DNA of 64,000 nt from an uncultured archaeon (GTDB lineage Archaea > Aenigmatarchaeota > Aenigmatarchaeia > QMZP01 > JACQNV01), in assembly GCA_964631205.1 (NCBI GenBank), contig CAZVWU010000002.1:755-64754 (forward strand). The letters run 5' to 3'. The translations under genes and the position numbers were made by a program. Positions 46,884-56,497 of this stretch are shown piece after piece. Positions within the stretch are counted from its first letter, which is position 1, and each line of letters opens with the position of its first letter. Under the pieces are notes generated by a model. That model worked only from the letters and a program-made list of their open reading frames with translations. It made no database searches and was not told where the DNA came from.

Positions 46884-48010
46884 TTTTTGTCCTCTCCCAC
46901 CCTCTCAAGGACTTTCAGCATACATTTTGCTGTCCTTTCCCAGGTATAGTTTTCTGCCTTCTCTCTTGCTCTATTTCGTATTATTCCAGTCCTTTTATCG
47001 CTCTCAAAAAGGTATTTCAGGGCTTTGCCTATCTCATCGACGTTTTCAGGATTTTTAAGTATTATACCATCTTTATAATTTGTTATCAGCTCGGCGGCTC
47101 CCGCAATTTCACTGGTTATAACAGGCAGTCCGGAAGCCATTGCCTCTAAGATGACAAGACCAAATGGCTCGTAAAGGGTGGGGAAAACAAACATATCTGC
47201 GGCAGCAAAAATTTTCCTTATTTCGGATGTCAGACCTATGTTGTAGACTATTTTGTTATCAAGGCCTAACTTTTTTGACAGCTCTATGTAAGGTTTTGGA
47301 TCGTCTTTTCCTGAAACCAGAAGCCTGAATTTTTCGTTTTTTATATATGGAAGGGCTCTCACCAATTGGTCGAGGCCTTTCCTGCTAAAAGGGTTGCCGA
47401 CAAATAAGATTAATTTCTCATCCTCTTTTATTTTAAACTGCTCTCTAATTTCGTCTCTATATAATTTCTTGTTTTTAGGATGGAATTCTTTAATATTCAC
47501 ACCACTGTAACATACTGTGACTTTTTCATCTGGTATCGCGTATCCGCTAACTATTGTTTTCTTAACGCATTTTGCTAATGCTATGAATTCTTTGCACTTT
47601 TTCACATTCCTTTTTTCCATCCATGAAAGCCAAGAATCTGCCAGCCTTATTTTCAATCCATCTTTCACTCGAGCAGACAATTTATAGTCTATCCATGCCT
47701 TGTAAACAAACTGCATTTCGCCTATATCTGGCGTAAAATATCTGGTAGGTTGTGCAAGTGTTACATCAAATTTGTGGAATTTTTGTATGAAGCTGTTTGA
47801 AATTGTGTTGACTGCTTCCCTCAAAACCAGATTATTTGAAAATATCCTTGGCGTCTTGTGGAAAAAAACTGATTTGTGATCTATAGGATCCCAGCTGTTT
47901 GCAAAAAGGTGTATTTCATGCCCTTTTGATGCAAAATATGGGATTGTCTCTATCAAATATCTTGAAGAGCCGAACCTATGGCATTTGCTTAATACTATAC
48001 CTATTTTCAT
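46880..48010 (-). CDS. GT4-family glycosyltransferase (Glycos_transf_1)
   Basis: GT-B C-terminal domain with FVFPTLYEPFGLVILEAMASGLPVI (the E-x7-E region). Confidence 0.8.
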   Translation of the reverse strand: MKIGIVLSKCHRFGSSRYLIETIPYFASKGHEIHLFANSWDPIDHKSVFFHKTPRIFSNNLVLREAVNTISNSFIQKFHKFDVTLAQPTRYFTPDIGEMQFVYKAWIDYKLSARVKDGLKIRLADSWLSWMEKRNVKKCKEFIALAKCVKKTIVSGYAIPDEKVTVCYSGVNIKEFHPKNKKLYRDEIREQFKIKEDEKLILFVGNPFSRKGLDQLVRALPYIKNEKFRLLVSGKDDPKPYIELSKKLGLDNKIVYNIGLTSEIRKIFAAADMFVFPTLYEPFGLVILEAMASGLPVITSEIAGAAELITNYKDGIILKNPENVDEIGKALKYLFESDKRTGIIRNRAREKAENYTWERTAKCMLKVLERVGEDKK

Positions 48011-48479
48011 AATTTTTTTGGATAAAAGTTTCTATTAGGATTGGGATTTTTTTATTCTTTTCAAAACTTTTAACTTTGAATTTCTTGGCTTTTTTAATTG
48101 CATCCATCAAATTTGCAATGTTGTAAACCGCGATTATTTTTTTCTGGTTTTCAAGCTCTTTGGTTATCTGAAGCTGGTGATCGTCTGTATGTTCATTGTA
48201 TTCTTTTAGGCGGGGGACTACGACAATTTTCTTCTCCATTATCAGAGGCGTCATTATAGACCCTATACCACCATGGGTTATAATAACCGATGCTTCCATG
48301 CATGCCCTTTCAAAGTCCTTTTGTGGCAAAAAATCTTTATACGCACAGTTTTTTGGTTTATAGCCTGTGCAGCCAATTTGCATAAAAATTTTTTCAGCTA
48401 ATTGAGGCGCTATCTTATCGGCCTCTTTTATCAGCCTGTCAAAACCTTGGTTATGCGTGCCTACAGTTACAAACAGCAT
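47976..48479 (-). CDS. Alg13-like glycosyltransferase C-terminal-domain subunit (Glyco_tran_28_C)
   Basis: MLFVTVGTHNQGFDRLI...ITHGGIGSIM. Confidence 0.7.
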   Translation of the reverse strand: MLFVTVGTHNQGFDRLIKEADKIAPQLAEKIFMQIGCTGYKPKNCAYKDFLPQKDFERACMEASVIITHGGIGSIMTPLIMEKKIVVVPRLKEYNEHTDDHQLQITKELENQKKIIAVYNIANLMDAIKKAKKFKVKSFEKNKKIPILIETFIQKNYENRYSIKQMP

Positions 48480-48493
48480 AATTCATCAGCCTC

Positions 48494-50158
48494 CTATTTT
48501 TTAACCAGATAATTCCCTATTGCAAGAGCATCTACACCTTCGCTATAAAAAAGTGAAAGCGCCTGCTTTGGGTTTTCTATTATCGGCTGGCCTTTGATAT
48601 TGAGCGAAGTGTTAAGCAAAACAGGTATTCCTGTATTTTTATAAAATTGGCTTATAACCTTGTGATATGTAGGGTTGATAGATTTCCTTACAGTCTGCGG
48701 CCTTATGCTGCCATCAACATGGACAACACCTGGAATTTCATTTCTCTTTTCAATTGGAACTTGGGTCGCAACAATCATGAAAGGCAGATAATTGTTTACT
48801 CCGTAATCTTTTGATTTTTCTTCTAAGATGCTAGGGCAGAAAGGCCTGAAAGGCTCCCTGTGTTTCACATGATAGTTTATTCTGTCCTTTATCTTTGGCG
48901 AACATGGATTTGCAAGTATGCTTCTGTTTCCTAGAGCTCTTGCACCCCACTCCATCCTCCCCTGAAACCATGCGACGATCTTGTCTTTTGCAAGCATATC
49001 TCCCACAATGCCGGCTATATCCTTGTGGTATTCATATTTTATTTTTGCCATATCAAGCGATTTTTTGATACTTTCATCGGTATACTCGGACCCGTAATAT
49101 GCATGATCCATCTTTTGGAATTTATGCCCGTCTTCAACAGCCAGCGTGAGCGCAGCACCCAAGGCACATCCTGCATCATATGCAGCCGGCTGGACAAAAA
49201 TATCCTCAATCAGGCCCGATGCGAGAAGGACGCCATTCATTTTGCAGTTGAGGCCGACGCCTCCGGCTATGCAGAGATTTTTTGAGCTTGTTATGCTGGT
49301 TATTTTTTCCGTGAGTGCGAGAGCTGCTTCTTCGAGCCTTTTTTGTAAAGAGTAAGCTACATTTTTATGGTGGTCTGACAGCTCACCCCTCCCTCTAGGA
49401 TTTCCTATAAAAGATATAAGCTGTTCCCTATAATTTGCTTCCAGCCTTCCCACATTAAAATTTAATATTTTTGAATTGAATCTGTAAGGAATCTTGCTGT
49501 TTTTATTGATCTGTAAAATCTTATTAAAAACATCCAAGTATTTTGAGCCATAAGGCGCAAGGCCCATTACTTTTCCCTCTCCCTCATTTGGTTCAAAACC
49601 AAGCCATTCAGTAAAGCATGTATAATAAGCGCCGAGGCTATTTGGCAGACAGGCATCTTGAAGCTCCTCTATTTGAGCCCCGTTGCCAAGGTAAAATCCT
49701 GTGGCTGTAGCTTCACCGGCGCCGTCCATTGTAAGGACTGCCGCTTTCTGAAATCCAGAAACGTAAAAGGCTGATGCAGCATGCGTTTTGTGGTGGTCTA
49801 TGTAATGTATTTTTTTCTCAGAGCCGAAATATTTTTTCAGGCCGGCTACAGGATTATTCAGGATGTTTTTCCTGTAATAAATTGTCCCTAAAACATTGAG
49901 TGGGTTTTTGTAAATGATCTTTCTTTTTACAAACAAGTTTTTGAAAGAAGGGTTAAAATAAAACCCGATTTTGTCGACATCCATCATCCCAATGCCTGCC
50001 TTTTTCAGGCAAAAATCTATTGCTCTCCACGGGAATTCGCCTCTTGCATGTTTGCTTAAAGAAAACCTCTCTTCCTCAGCCATTGCAACGATTTTATTGT
50101 CCTCGATAAGGCAGGCTGCAGGGTCGTGGTAGAGGGAAGTTATGCCTAAGTAATACAT
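48494..50158 (-). CDS. NodU/CmcH-family carbamoyltransferase
   Basis: MYYLGITSLYHDPAACLIEDNKIVAMAEEERFSLSKH matches the ASKHA-like N-terminus, with a YrdC-like C-terminal region. Confidence 0.8.
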   Translation of the reverse strand: MYYLGITSLYHDPAACLIEDNKIVAMAEEERFSLSKHARGEFPWRAIDFCLKKAGIGMMDVDKIGFYFNPSFKNLFVKRKIIYKNPLNVLGTIYYRKNILNNPVAGLKKYFGSEKKIHYIDHHKTHAASAFYVSGFQKAAVLTMDGAGEATATGFYLGNGAQIEELQDACLPNSLGAYYTCFTEWLGFEPNEGEGKVMGLAPYGSKYLDVFNKILQINKNSKIPYRFNSKILNFNVGRLEANYREQLISFIGNPRGRGELSDHHKNVAYSLQKRLEEAALALTEKITSITSSKNLCIAGGVGLNCKMNGVLLASGLIEDIFVQPAAYDAGCALGAALTLAVEDGHKFQKMDHAYYGSEYTDESIKKSLDMAKIKYEYHKDIAGIVGDMLAKDKIVAWFQGRMEWGARALGNRSILANPCSPKIKDRINYHVKHREPFRPFCPSILEEKSKDYGVNNYLPFMIVATQVPIEKRNEIPGVVHVDGSIRPQTVRKSINPTYHKVISQFYKNTGIPVLLNTSLNIKGQPIIENPKQALSLFYSEGVDALAIGNYLVKK

Positions 50159-50211
50159 AAGCTATATAGTAAAAATATGTGTTTATAAAATTATGCCGCT
50201 AAGCTTTTTGC

Positions 50212-50697
50212 CTAAAAGATTGAGCCGCCGTATATGGCTTTTTTATAATATCTCAAAATCGGCTTCCATTGGACTATGAAAAGGTCTGCAAAGGGGTGTA
50301 TAAGCCTTCCGCTCCACGATGCGGATTCGACTCTGGAAAAGGATTCCATAAATATTATTTTTTTCCTGAAAATTTTGGCTATATAACAAAATGGCACAAC
50401 AAACCCGCCACCGTTTGCAATGACAATATCGGGCCTTTTTTTAAGGAAAATAAAAAAACTTTGCAGGATATTTTTTATGAGCCTCAATGGGCTCCTCCTA
50501 GAATCTGTGATAAAAATTACTCTTTCTCTTTTTGAAAGTTCTGTTGACATTTCCCGTTCAAAAGTAAGATAGAACCTATCATAGTTTTTATACATGCCTT
50601 CTAATTGGAGCATCTGCAGCATGTGGCCTCCTGGACTGCAAGCCAGGCAGAGTTGTGGTTTTCCTTGTCTGGTTTCTGATATTGGGGATAAGCTCAT
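50212..50697 (-). CDS. Alg14-like glycosyltransferase membrane-anchoring subunit
   Basis: SPGGHMLQMLQL and ESFSRVESASWSGRL...FADLFIVQW. Start is set at MSLSPIS to avoid a divergent overlap with asnB. Confidence 0.65.
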   Translation of the reverse strand: MSLSPISETRQGKPQLCLACSPGGHMLQMLQLEGMYKNYDRFYLTFEREMSTELSKRERVIFITDSRRSPLRLIKNILQSFFIFLKKRPDIVIANGGGFVVPFCYIAKIFRKKIIFMESFSRVESASWSGRLIHPFADLFIVQWKPILRYYKKAIYGGSIF

Positions 50698-50754
50698 AAA
50701 TAGATCTTTCTCCTCTTTTATATAAAACAATACCAAATAGTGAACTCTATATTT

Positions 50755-52608
50755 ATGTGCGGCATAGCAGGGTTTTTGGGTCTCGAGGACAGGGATTTGC
50801 TCAAAAAAATGTGCGATGTTATAGAGCATAGGGGGCCTGACGATTTCGGCCTTTATATTGACAGGGGCATCGGAATAGGTTCAAGGCGGCTAAGCATTAT
50901 AGATCTTGAAGGCGGCCATCAGCCAGTGCACAATGAAAATAAGACAGTTTGGATAGTCTTTAATGGTGAGATTTACAATTTTCCAGAACTGAAGAGGCTT
51001 GCAGAAAAGAAAGGCCACAGATTTTATACAAACTGCGACACAGAAGTTATTGTCCATCTTTACGAAATTTTCGGCGAAAGCTGTGTAAAGTATTTGAGGG
51101 GAATGTTTGCCTTCGCCGTCTGGGACTTCAATAAAAAAATGCTTTTTCTCGCAAGAGACAGAGTGGGGAAAAAGCCATTATATTATACGCGGGTTGGCAG
51201 GAAATTTATTTTCGGATCAGAAATAAAATCGATACTCCAATATGAGAATTTACAAAGAGAAGTGAATATCGAAGCGCTCCATGAATTCCTTACTTTCCAG
51301 TATGTCCCTGGGCCAAAAACAATGTTCAAAAATATTTTCAAATTGCGGCCTGGCCATATCCTTGTCGCTGGAAAGGAGGGGATTAGGGTTGAGAAATATT
51401 GGGGAGCTGAAATTTCTGAAAAGTATTTTGATGAAGGCTTTTGCAGGCAGAAAATTCTTGATCTTCTCGAAGAATCAGTCAAGATAAGGATGACTTCAGA
51501 AGTCCCTATAGGAGCTTATTTATCAGGGGGCATTGATTCTAGCGCTGTAGTTGGGTTTATGAGCAGGTTTTCTGGAACGCCTGTAAACACTTTTACTGCC
51601 GGATTTGGAAATAAAACAGATGAATTTGGGTATGCAAGGCTTGTTGCAGAGAAATTTGACACGAACCATAGGGAAATTCTTGTTGAGCCGAAGAGCTTGG
51701 GCGTTCTCCCGCAGATAGTTTGGCATTTTGATGAGCCTGTCGCGGATCCGGCAGCAATTCCAACATATCTCATGGCACAAGAAACTAAAAAATATGCTAC
51801 TGTCAGTTTGGTTGGCGAAGGCGGAGACGAGGTTTTCGCAGGCTATGAAAAGTATGGAATTATGCTAAAGATTTACAAAAACAGGTTATCTAAGCTGATT
51901 TATAATAAAAAAACATTGTCAGCCGCTGCAAAAGGTTTAGGGTTCTTTAATAACACAAAGAAAATACAGTTCCTGTCAGAGCTTTCGAAAAACTTAACTG
52001 ATCCGTCTCAGGCATTTCTCAGGCTCAGTGCACTGGGCTTCACAGAGCAGGAAAAAAACCGGATTTATTCTGATGAGCTGGCGAACATTAATTTAAAAGA
52101 TGTTGCTATAAAAAATTATTTCAATGGAAAATCAATTTTCGAGAATATGCTGATGTTTGATTTGGATGTCTGGCTGCCGGACAGGCTCCTTATGAAAGTT
52201 GACAAGATGACTATGGCTTCATCTGTTGAGGCAAGGGCTCCTTTCATGGACCATCTTCTTGTAGAATTTAGCAATAACCTTTCAAGAAATCTTAGATTAA
52301 ATAAATATATCCTTAAAAAATCCTTAGTAAATATTCTCCCAAAAAAAATATTGACGCGGAAAAAGCATGGTTTTTCTGTGCCCATAGGCGACTGGTTTAA
52401 GGAAGATCTGAGGGGGTTTGCTGGAAGCTTTTTGGAAAACCCCGCTATGGAAAGATATTTCAAAAAAGAGCGAATAAGAAGTATTCTGGAAAATGCGGAT
52501 ATTGTGAGGAATGACCATAAATTATGGAATATCATTAATTTTGAATTATGGCATAAAATTTTTATAGAAGGGGATATTGGCCTGAAGCCCCCAAAGATAA
52601 ATTTGTGA
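50755..52608 (+). CDS. asnB: asparagine synthase (glutamine-hydrolysing) family amidotransferase
   Basis: MCGIAGFLG Ntn nucleophile Cys2 and an SGGIDSS PP-loop. Confidence 0.85.
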   Translation: MCGIAGFLGLEDRDLLKKMCDVIEHRGPDDFGLYIDRGIGIGSRRLSIIDLEGGHQPVHNENKTVWIVFNGEIYNFPELKRLAEKKGHRFYTNCDTEVIVHLYEIFGESCVKYLRGMFAFAVWDFNKKMLFLARDRVGKKPLYYTRVGRKFIFGSEIKSILQYENLQREVNIEALHEFLTFQYVPGPKTMFKNIFKLRPGHILVAGKEGIRVEKYWGAEISEKYFDEGFCRQKILDLLEESVKIRMTSEVPIGAYLSGGIDSSAVVGFMSRFSGTPVNTFTAGFGNKTDEFGYARLVAEKFDTNHREILVEPKSLGVLPQIVWHFDEPVADPAAIPTYLMAQETKKYATVSLVGEGGDEVFAGYEKYGIMLKIYKNRLSKLIYNKKTLSAAAKGLGFFNNTKKIQFLSELSKNLTDPSQAFLRLSALGFTEQEKNRIYSDELANINLKDVAIKNYFNGKSIFENMLMFDLDVWLPDRLLMKVDKMTMASSVEARAPFMDHLLVEFSNNLSRNLRLNKYILKKSLVNILPKKILTRKKHGFSVPIGDWFKEDLRGFAGSFLENPAMERYFKKERIRSILENADIVRNDHKLWNIINFELWHKIFIEGDIGLKPPKINL

Positions 52609-52615
52609 ACTGTTT

Positions 52616-53764
52616 TCATTTTTGGTAGTTTCCATAAACTTTTATTATGTTTTTTACCACAATATCTTTCGAGTATTTTTCTTTGATTATCTTTACTGCC
52701 TGTGTCTGAATTTTATTTAATTTATATTTGCCGTTTATTGTGTCTTCCAATGTTTTTGCTATCCGGTTTACTTCATGTTCGCATAAAACCATCACGTTTG
52801 AATCTATTCCTTCGAAATCGAGTGTGTCTCCCACATTTGTCGCAACAACTGTTTTTCCGCATGCAAGAGCTTCGAGAAGAGTGAAGCTGAAATTTCCTAT
52901 CGGGCATGTCAACAAAATTATATCAGAGGCATTCATGTAGTAGGGCATATCCTCTCTTTTTTGGTAACCGAAAAAGATTACATTTTCTTGAAGATTTAAC
53001 TCTTCAACTAATTCCCTTAACTTAGTTTCGTAGTCCCCGCCTCCAACAAGCCACAACTTTGTTTTCGGAACTTTTTTATTTAAAATTCCAAAAGCTTTTA
53101 TTGAGTATTCGAGTCCGTTCTTTTTATCCAGCCTTCTCGGGCAGGAGACAATTAAATCTTTGCCTTTGAGGGCTTCTATTTCTTTGTTTTTGTTGTTTTT
53201 GTTGAATAAATCTGTGTTTACCCAGTTTGAGATTACTGTTATTTTATCTTTTGGTATGTATTTCAATGCGTATTCTTCAAATAATTTGTCAACAGAAATG
53301 ACAAAATCTGCATGCCTTATTGAATAGATTTCCATTGATTTTGTAATAAAACCGAATGTTTTCCTGTACCAGAAAGGCCTTCCAGTAACTGTGCTCTCAG
53401 CTACAATGCCATGAGAAGTCATTATTATAGGAGTTTTCGATCTTGTGATTTTTTTTGCAATTATTGCCGCGATAGTTGGTTGGTAAGAATGGCTGTGGAT
53501 TATGTCCGGTTTGTTTTTTGATAACATCGATTTTGCAATAAAAAAAGTTAATAAAACCATGAAGCTAAAGCCCCTCAAATATTTTATGTTGAGAAAGGGT
53601 ATCTCCTTTATATGGCCTTTATTTCTCTTCTCTTTTTTAGTAAAAACTATGGCTTCCATTTTCTTTTTCCGTAGTTCTTCAGTAAGTTCATAGCAATGGG
53701 TCTGTATCCCTCCCCTGCTTGGCGGATAATAATCGCATGCAATTATTACTTTCATAATATACAA
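52616..53764 (-). CDS. GT4-family glycosyltransferase
   Basis: YPPSRGGIQTHCYEL N-terminal GT-B domain and a C-terminal Glycos_transf_1 fold. Confidence 0.75.
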   Translation of the reverse strand: MYIMKVIIACDYYPPSRGGIQTHCYELTEELRKKKMEAIVFTKKEKRNKGHIKEIPFLNIKYLRGFSFMVLLTFFIAKSMLSKNKPDIIHSHSYQPTIAAIIAKKITRSKTPIIMTSHGIVAESTVTGRPFWYRKTFGFITKSMEIYSIRHADFVISVDKLFEEYALKYIPKDKITVISNWVNTDLFNKNNKNKEIEALKGKDLIVSCPRRLDKKNGLEYSIKAFGILNKKVPKTKLWLVGGGDYETKLRELVEELNLQENVIFFGYQKREDMPYYMNASDIILLTCPIGNFSFTLLEALACGKTVVATNVGDTLDFEGIDSNVMVLCEHEVNRIAKTLEDTINGKYKLNKIQTQAVKIIKEKYSKDIVVKNIIKVYGNYQK

Positions 53765-53808
53765 TTCAGTAGACTTTATATGATCTTGTTTTAATATATT
53801 TTGTCGAT

Positions 53809-55383
53809 TCAGAGAATGTTAACTATTTTTTCTATATCATTTAGATTTTTTGCAAAATAGTTTGGATTTTCCTTGGCAAGTCTCTCTTTTCCTATAAGCG
53901 CATACTCCGCTGCAATAGTCTTCATTCCAATATTTTTTGCTTGGATTATATCTGCTGGTGAATCGCCTATTGCAATGCAGTCAAATGTGGATACTCCTAT
54001 TTTTTTTGAAGCTTTTATTAGGGCATTTGTCTTTTCTTTAGATGATTCATTAATTATCAAGTCTATAAATTGCGAAAGACCGAAGTCTTTAATTTGTTTG
54101 TTGAATTCCTTTGGCCTTAGGGTGACTACAGCTGTTTTGAAGCTGCTTTCTTTTATTTTCTTTAGTGTATTTCTAGCTGCTTGGTATGGTTTATCCTTAC
54201 ATATTAGCTCATGCGAATTGGTTATTCTAATCCTAAGCTCATCCGTCTGTTTGATTTTTTCATCACTTTCATCCTGATATATTGTTTTTAAAATCTCAAA
54301 GCCCGTTAGACCAAACTTTTTTAATTCTATTATCTTTTCCTTCTCTGGTATTTGAAGTGACATTTTTTTGGCGGCTTCGATATAGCCTTGCGCATACCTC
54401 TCAGTTACATCCAGCAAAGTCCCATCAAGGTCAAATATTATTGCTTTTATTTTTCTTGGTTTTTGTGACTCCCACCACAAAATTGTTTTTTCTATCCCAT
54501 CTTCAAAGCTTGTCTGAGGTCTGAACTTTAACATTTTTTTTGCTTTTGATATATCTAGAAATTTGATTGACTCTTGCCCCTTACCCAGGTATATTTTATG
54601 TTCAGGCGTCCACATACCAAATTTTTTATAGATTCTTCTGACTGTTTCAGCTATTTTTATTATGGTTAAAGGTTTTCCGCTCCCTATATTGAATATGGTC
54701 TCTTTTGTGTCAGCCACCAGGGCGTTTATTATTGCATCAGCTGCATCACCTACATAAAGATAATCTCGAGACTGGTTTCCACTGACTTCAATTTGCTGCC
54801 CATCAGACGATTTTTTAATGAACTTAATTATTACACCCTCTTGACTTGGGCTTTCTCCATAAAGGTTTGAAATTCTGAGAATAAGCAATTTCATTTTTGC
54901 AGTGGCGGACTTCTCCAAAAGTAGCTTTTCAGCTTCAGCCTTTGTTTTACTGTAGACCGTGCTCGTATTTATTTTCTCAGTCTCCTTTATCGGGAACTTC
55001 CAATCGTTTTCCCCATATACGTGCCAACCACTTATAAAAATAAACTTCTCAACTCCATTTTTTTCTGCTTCGCTAAATACATTTATTGCTGCCAAAACAT
55101 TCTGCTTATAGGATTCTTTATAATCCTCCTGCACACCGATTTGCGGCACTTTGGCCGCCAAATGGATTACAGCCTTGCAACAGTCAAATGCGTTTTCTAT
55201 TGTTTTTTTGTCTGTGTTGTCGCATACGACCACAGAAGTTCCTTCGGCTTCTTTTTGCCCAGCCTTCCTTGAGAGAATTTTAACGAAGTAGCCTTTTTCG
55301 AGTAGTTTTTTTACAACCTGCTTGCCAATAAAGCCTGTTGCGCCTGTAACGGCAACAATGTGCTTTGGTTTTATTTCAGACAT
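53809..55383 (-). CDS. fusion protein: N-terminal NAD-dependent epimerase/reductase (SDR) + C-terminal HAD-like phosphatase
   Basis: HIVAVTGATGFIGKQVV Rossmann plus YSKTKAEAE (YxxxK) in the N-terminal half. IIFDLDGTLLD (HAD motif I) and IAIGDSPADI (motif IV) in the C-terminal half. Confidence 0.7.
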   Translation of the reverse strand: MSEIKPKHIVAVTGATGFIGKQVVKKLLEKGYFVKILSRKAGQKEAEGTSVVVCDNTDKKTIENAFDCCKAVIHLAAKVPQIGVQEDYKESYKQNVLAAINVFSEAEKNGVEKFIFISGWHVYGENDWKFPIKETEKINTSTVYSKTKAEAEKLLLEKSATAKMKLLILRISNLYGESPSQEGVIIKFIKKSSDGQQIEVSGNQSRDYLYVGDAADAIINALVADTKETIFNIGSGKPLTIIKIAETVRRIYKKFGMWTPEHKIYLGKGQESIKFLDISKAKKMLKFRPQTSFEDGIEKTILWWESQKPRKIKAIIFDLDGTLLDVTERYAQGYIEAAKKMSLQIPEKEKIIELKKFGLTGFEILKTIYQDESDEKIKQTDELRIRITNSHELICKDKPYQAARNTLKKIKESSFKTAVVTLRPKEFNKQIKDFGLSQFIDLIINESSKEKTNALIKASKKIGVSTFDCIAIGDSPADIIQAKNIGMKTIAAEYALIGKERLAKENPNYFAKNLNDIEKIVNIL

Positions 55384-56467
55384 TGTATTTCACCGTAGTA
55401 TCTGGAGACATCAACGCATTTATATCGGTTCCTGATTTACAGAGTTTTTCAAAATCAGTTTTATGGAGAAGCTTAGGCTGCGAATCGGCGCTCCTGAGCC
55501 AATAATAATCGGCTTTCAATGGATTGTATTTTTTGATATCTGGCACGGTTTCGCCTGTCGCCAATTTTATATATATATCAGGCATATTCAAACCGAGTTC
55601 AGCAAAAAACTGTATTGTTGTGAAAAACCTTCCTATGTTTATTTCTGTTGGACAAGGTATGTCATTTGAATTCTCCTTTAAGTCGACGCCGAATATGCCA
55701 TTTGGTTTTTTATCAATAGCTAGTATGGCCTTTTCTGCAATTTCGTCCAAGTCTTTTCTTGCTACTGTTCTGCAAACCCCTGTCATTCCACTGACGCCGG
55801 AAGCAGTTGCATTTCCCATAGCCCAAGAAAGCCTTTCTCGCCCTTGGGCACATATAAGCTCCCCATCTTTCCATATACTCTGCCACGTTAACAGCCTGTT
55901 TGGGAGCAATTCGCTTGCAACAAAACTGCCCCACCCATTCAAGTAGTCTATCCATATTTTTGCCTGGTTTATGTCTTTGGCTATAAGGCTGCCTTTCCCG
56001 CCGGCACCTTTTATTGCGCGTATCCAGAAAGGACTTTTTATTTCCTGAAATGCCTGCCTAAGGTCTTCCTCTGTCTTCAGTAATAAGGTCTTTGGCTGCT
56101 CAATACCTTCTTTCTGCCACATTAAAAAAGACTGGTATTTGTTTTGGCAGATCTCGACTGTTTCGTGGGAGGGTAGAAATGTTTTTGTTTTTATCTTGGC
56201 TCTATTCTTTGAGACTACTATCACCTCTGAATCAGGTTGCACTTGGATAATGTCTATATTTTCATGTTCTATTATTTGGTTTAGATTGTCTATATATAGT
56301 GGGTTGTCTGCTCTGGGCACAAGATGTTTTGAATCTGTTTCTGCAAAAGGCAGAGTAAAAATATTGCAATCTGTGCCCACTATACGGTATCCGCCAGCTT
56401 TTTTCAGGCAGCGTGTGACCCCTATAGAAGCCGGCCCGCCGCACCCTGTTATCATTATTTTTTTCAT
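55376..56467 (-). CDS. ATP-grasp fold protein
   Basis: FWIRAIKGAGGKGS ... TEINIGRF resembles ATP-grasp nucleotide-binding and E-I-N motifs. Confidence 0.45.
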   Translation of the reverse strand: MKKIMITGCGGPASIGVTRCLKKAGGYRIVGTDCNIFTLPFAETDSKHLVPRADNPLYIDNLNQIIEHENIDIIQVQPDSEVIVVSKNRAKIKTKTFLPSHETVEICQNKYQSFLMWQKEGIEQPKTLLLKTEEDLRQAFQEIKSPFWIRAIKGAGGKGSLIAKDINQAKIWIDYLNGWGSFVASELLPNRLLTWQSIWKDGELICAQGRERLSWAMGNATASGVSGMTGVCRTVARKDLDEIAEKAILAIDKKPNGIFGVDLKENSNDIPCPTEINIGRFFTTIQFFAELGLNMPDIYIKLATGETVPDIKKYNPLKADYYWLRSADSQPKLLHKTDFEKLCKSGTDINALMSPDTTVKYNV

Positions 56468-56497
56468 AATATGTTTAAAGCAGCTAATTTTAAATAG

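Noticed and set aside
55463-55955. Several 60-140 aa ORFs on both strands
   Set aside because: All are embedded within or antisense to the ATP-grasp gene 55376..56467. No independent support.
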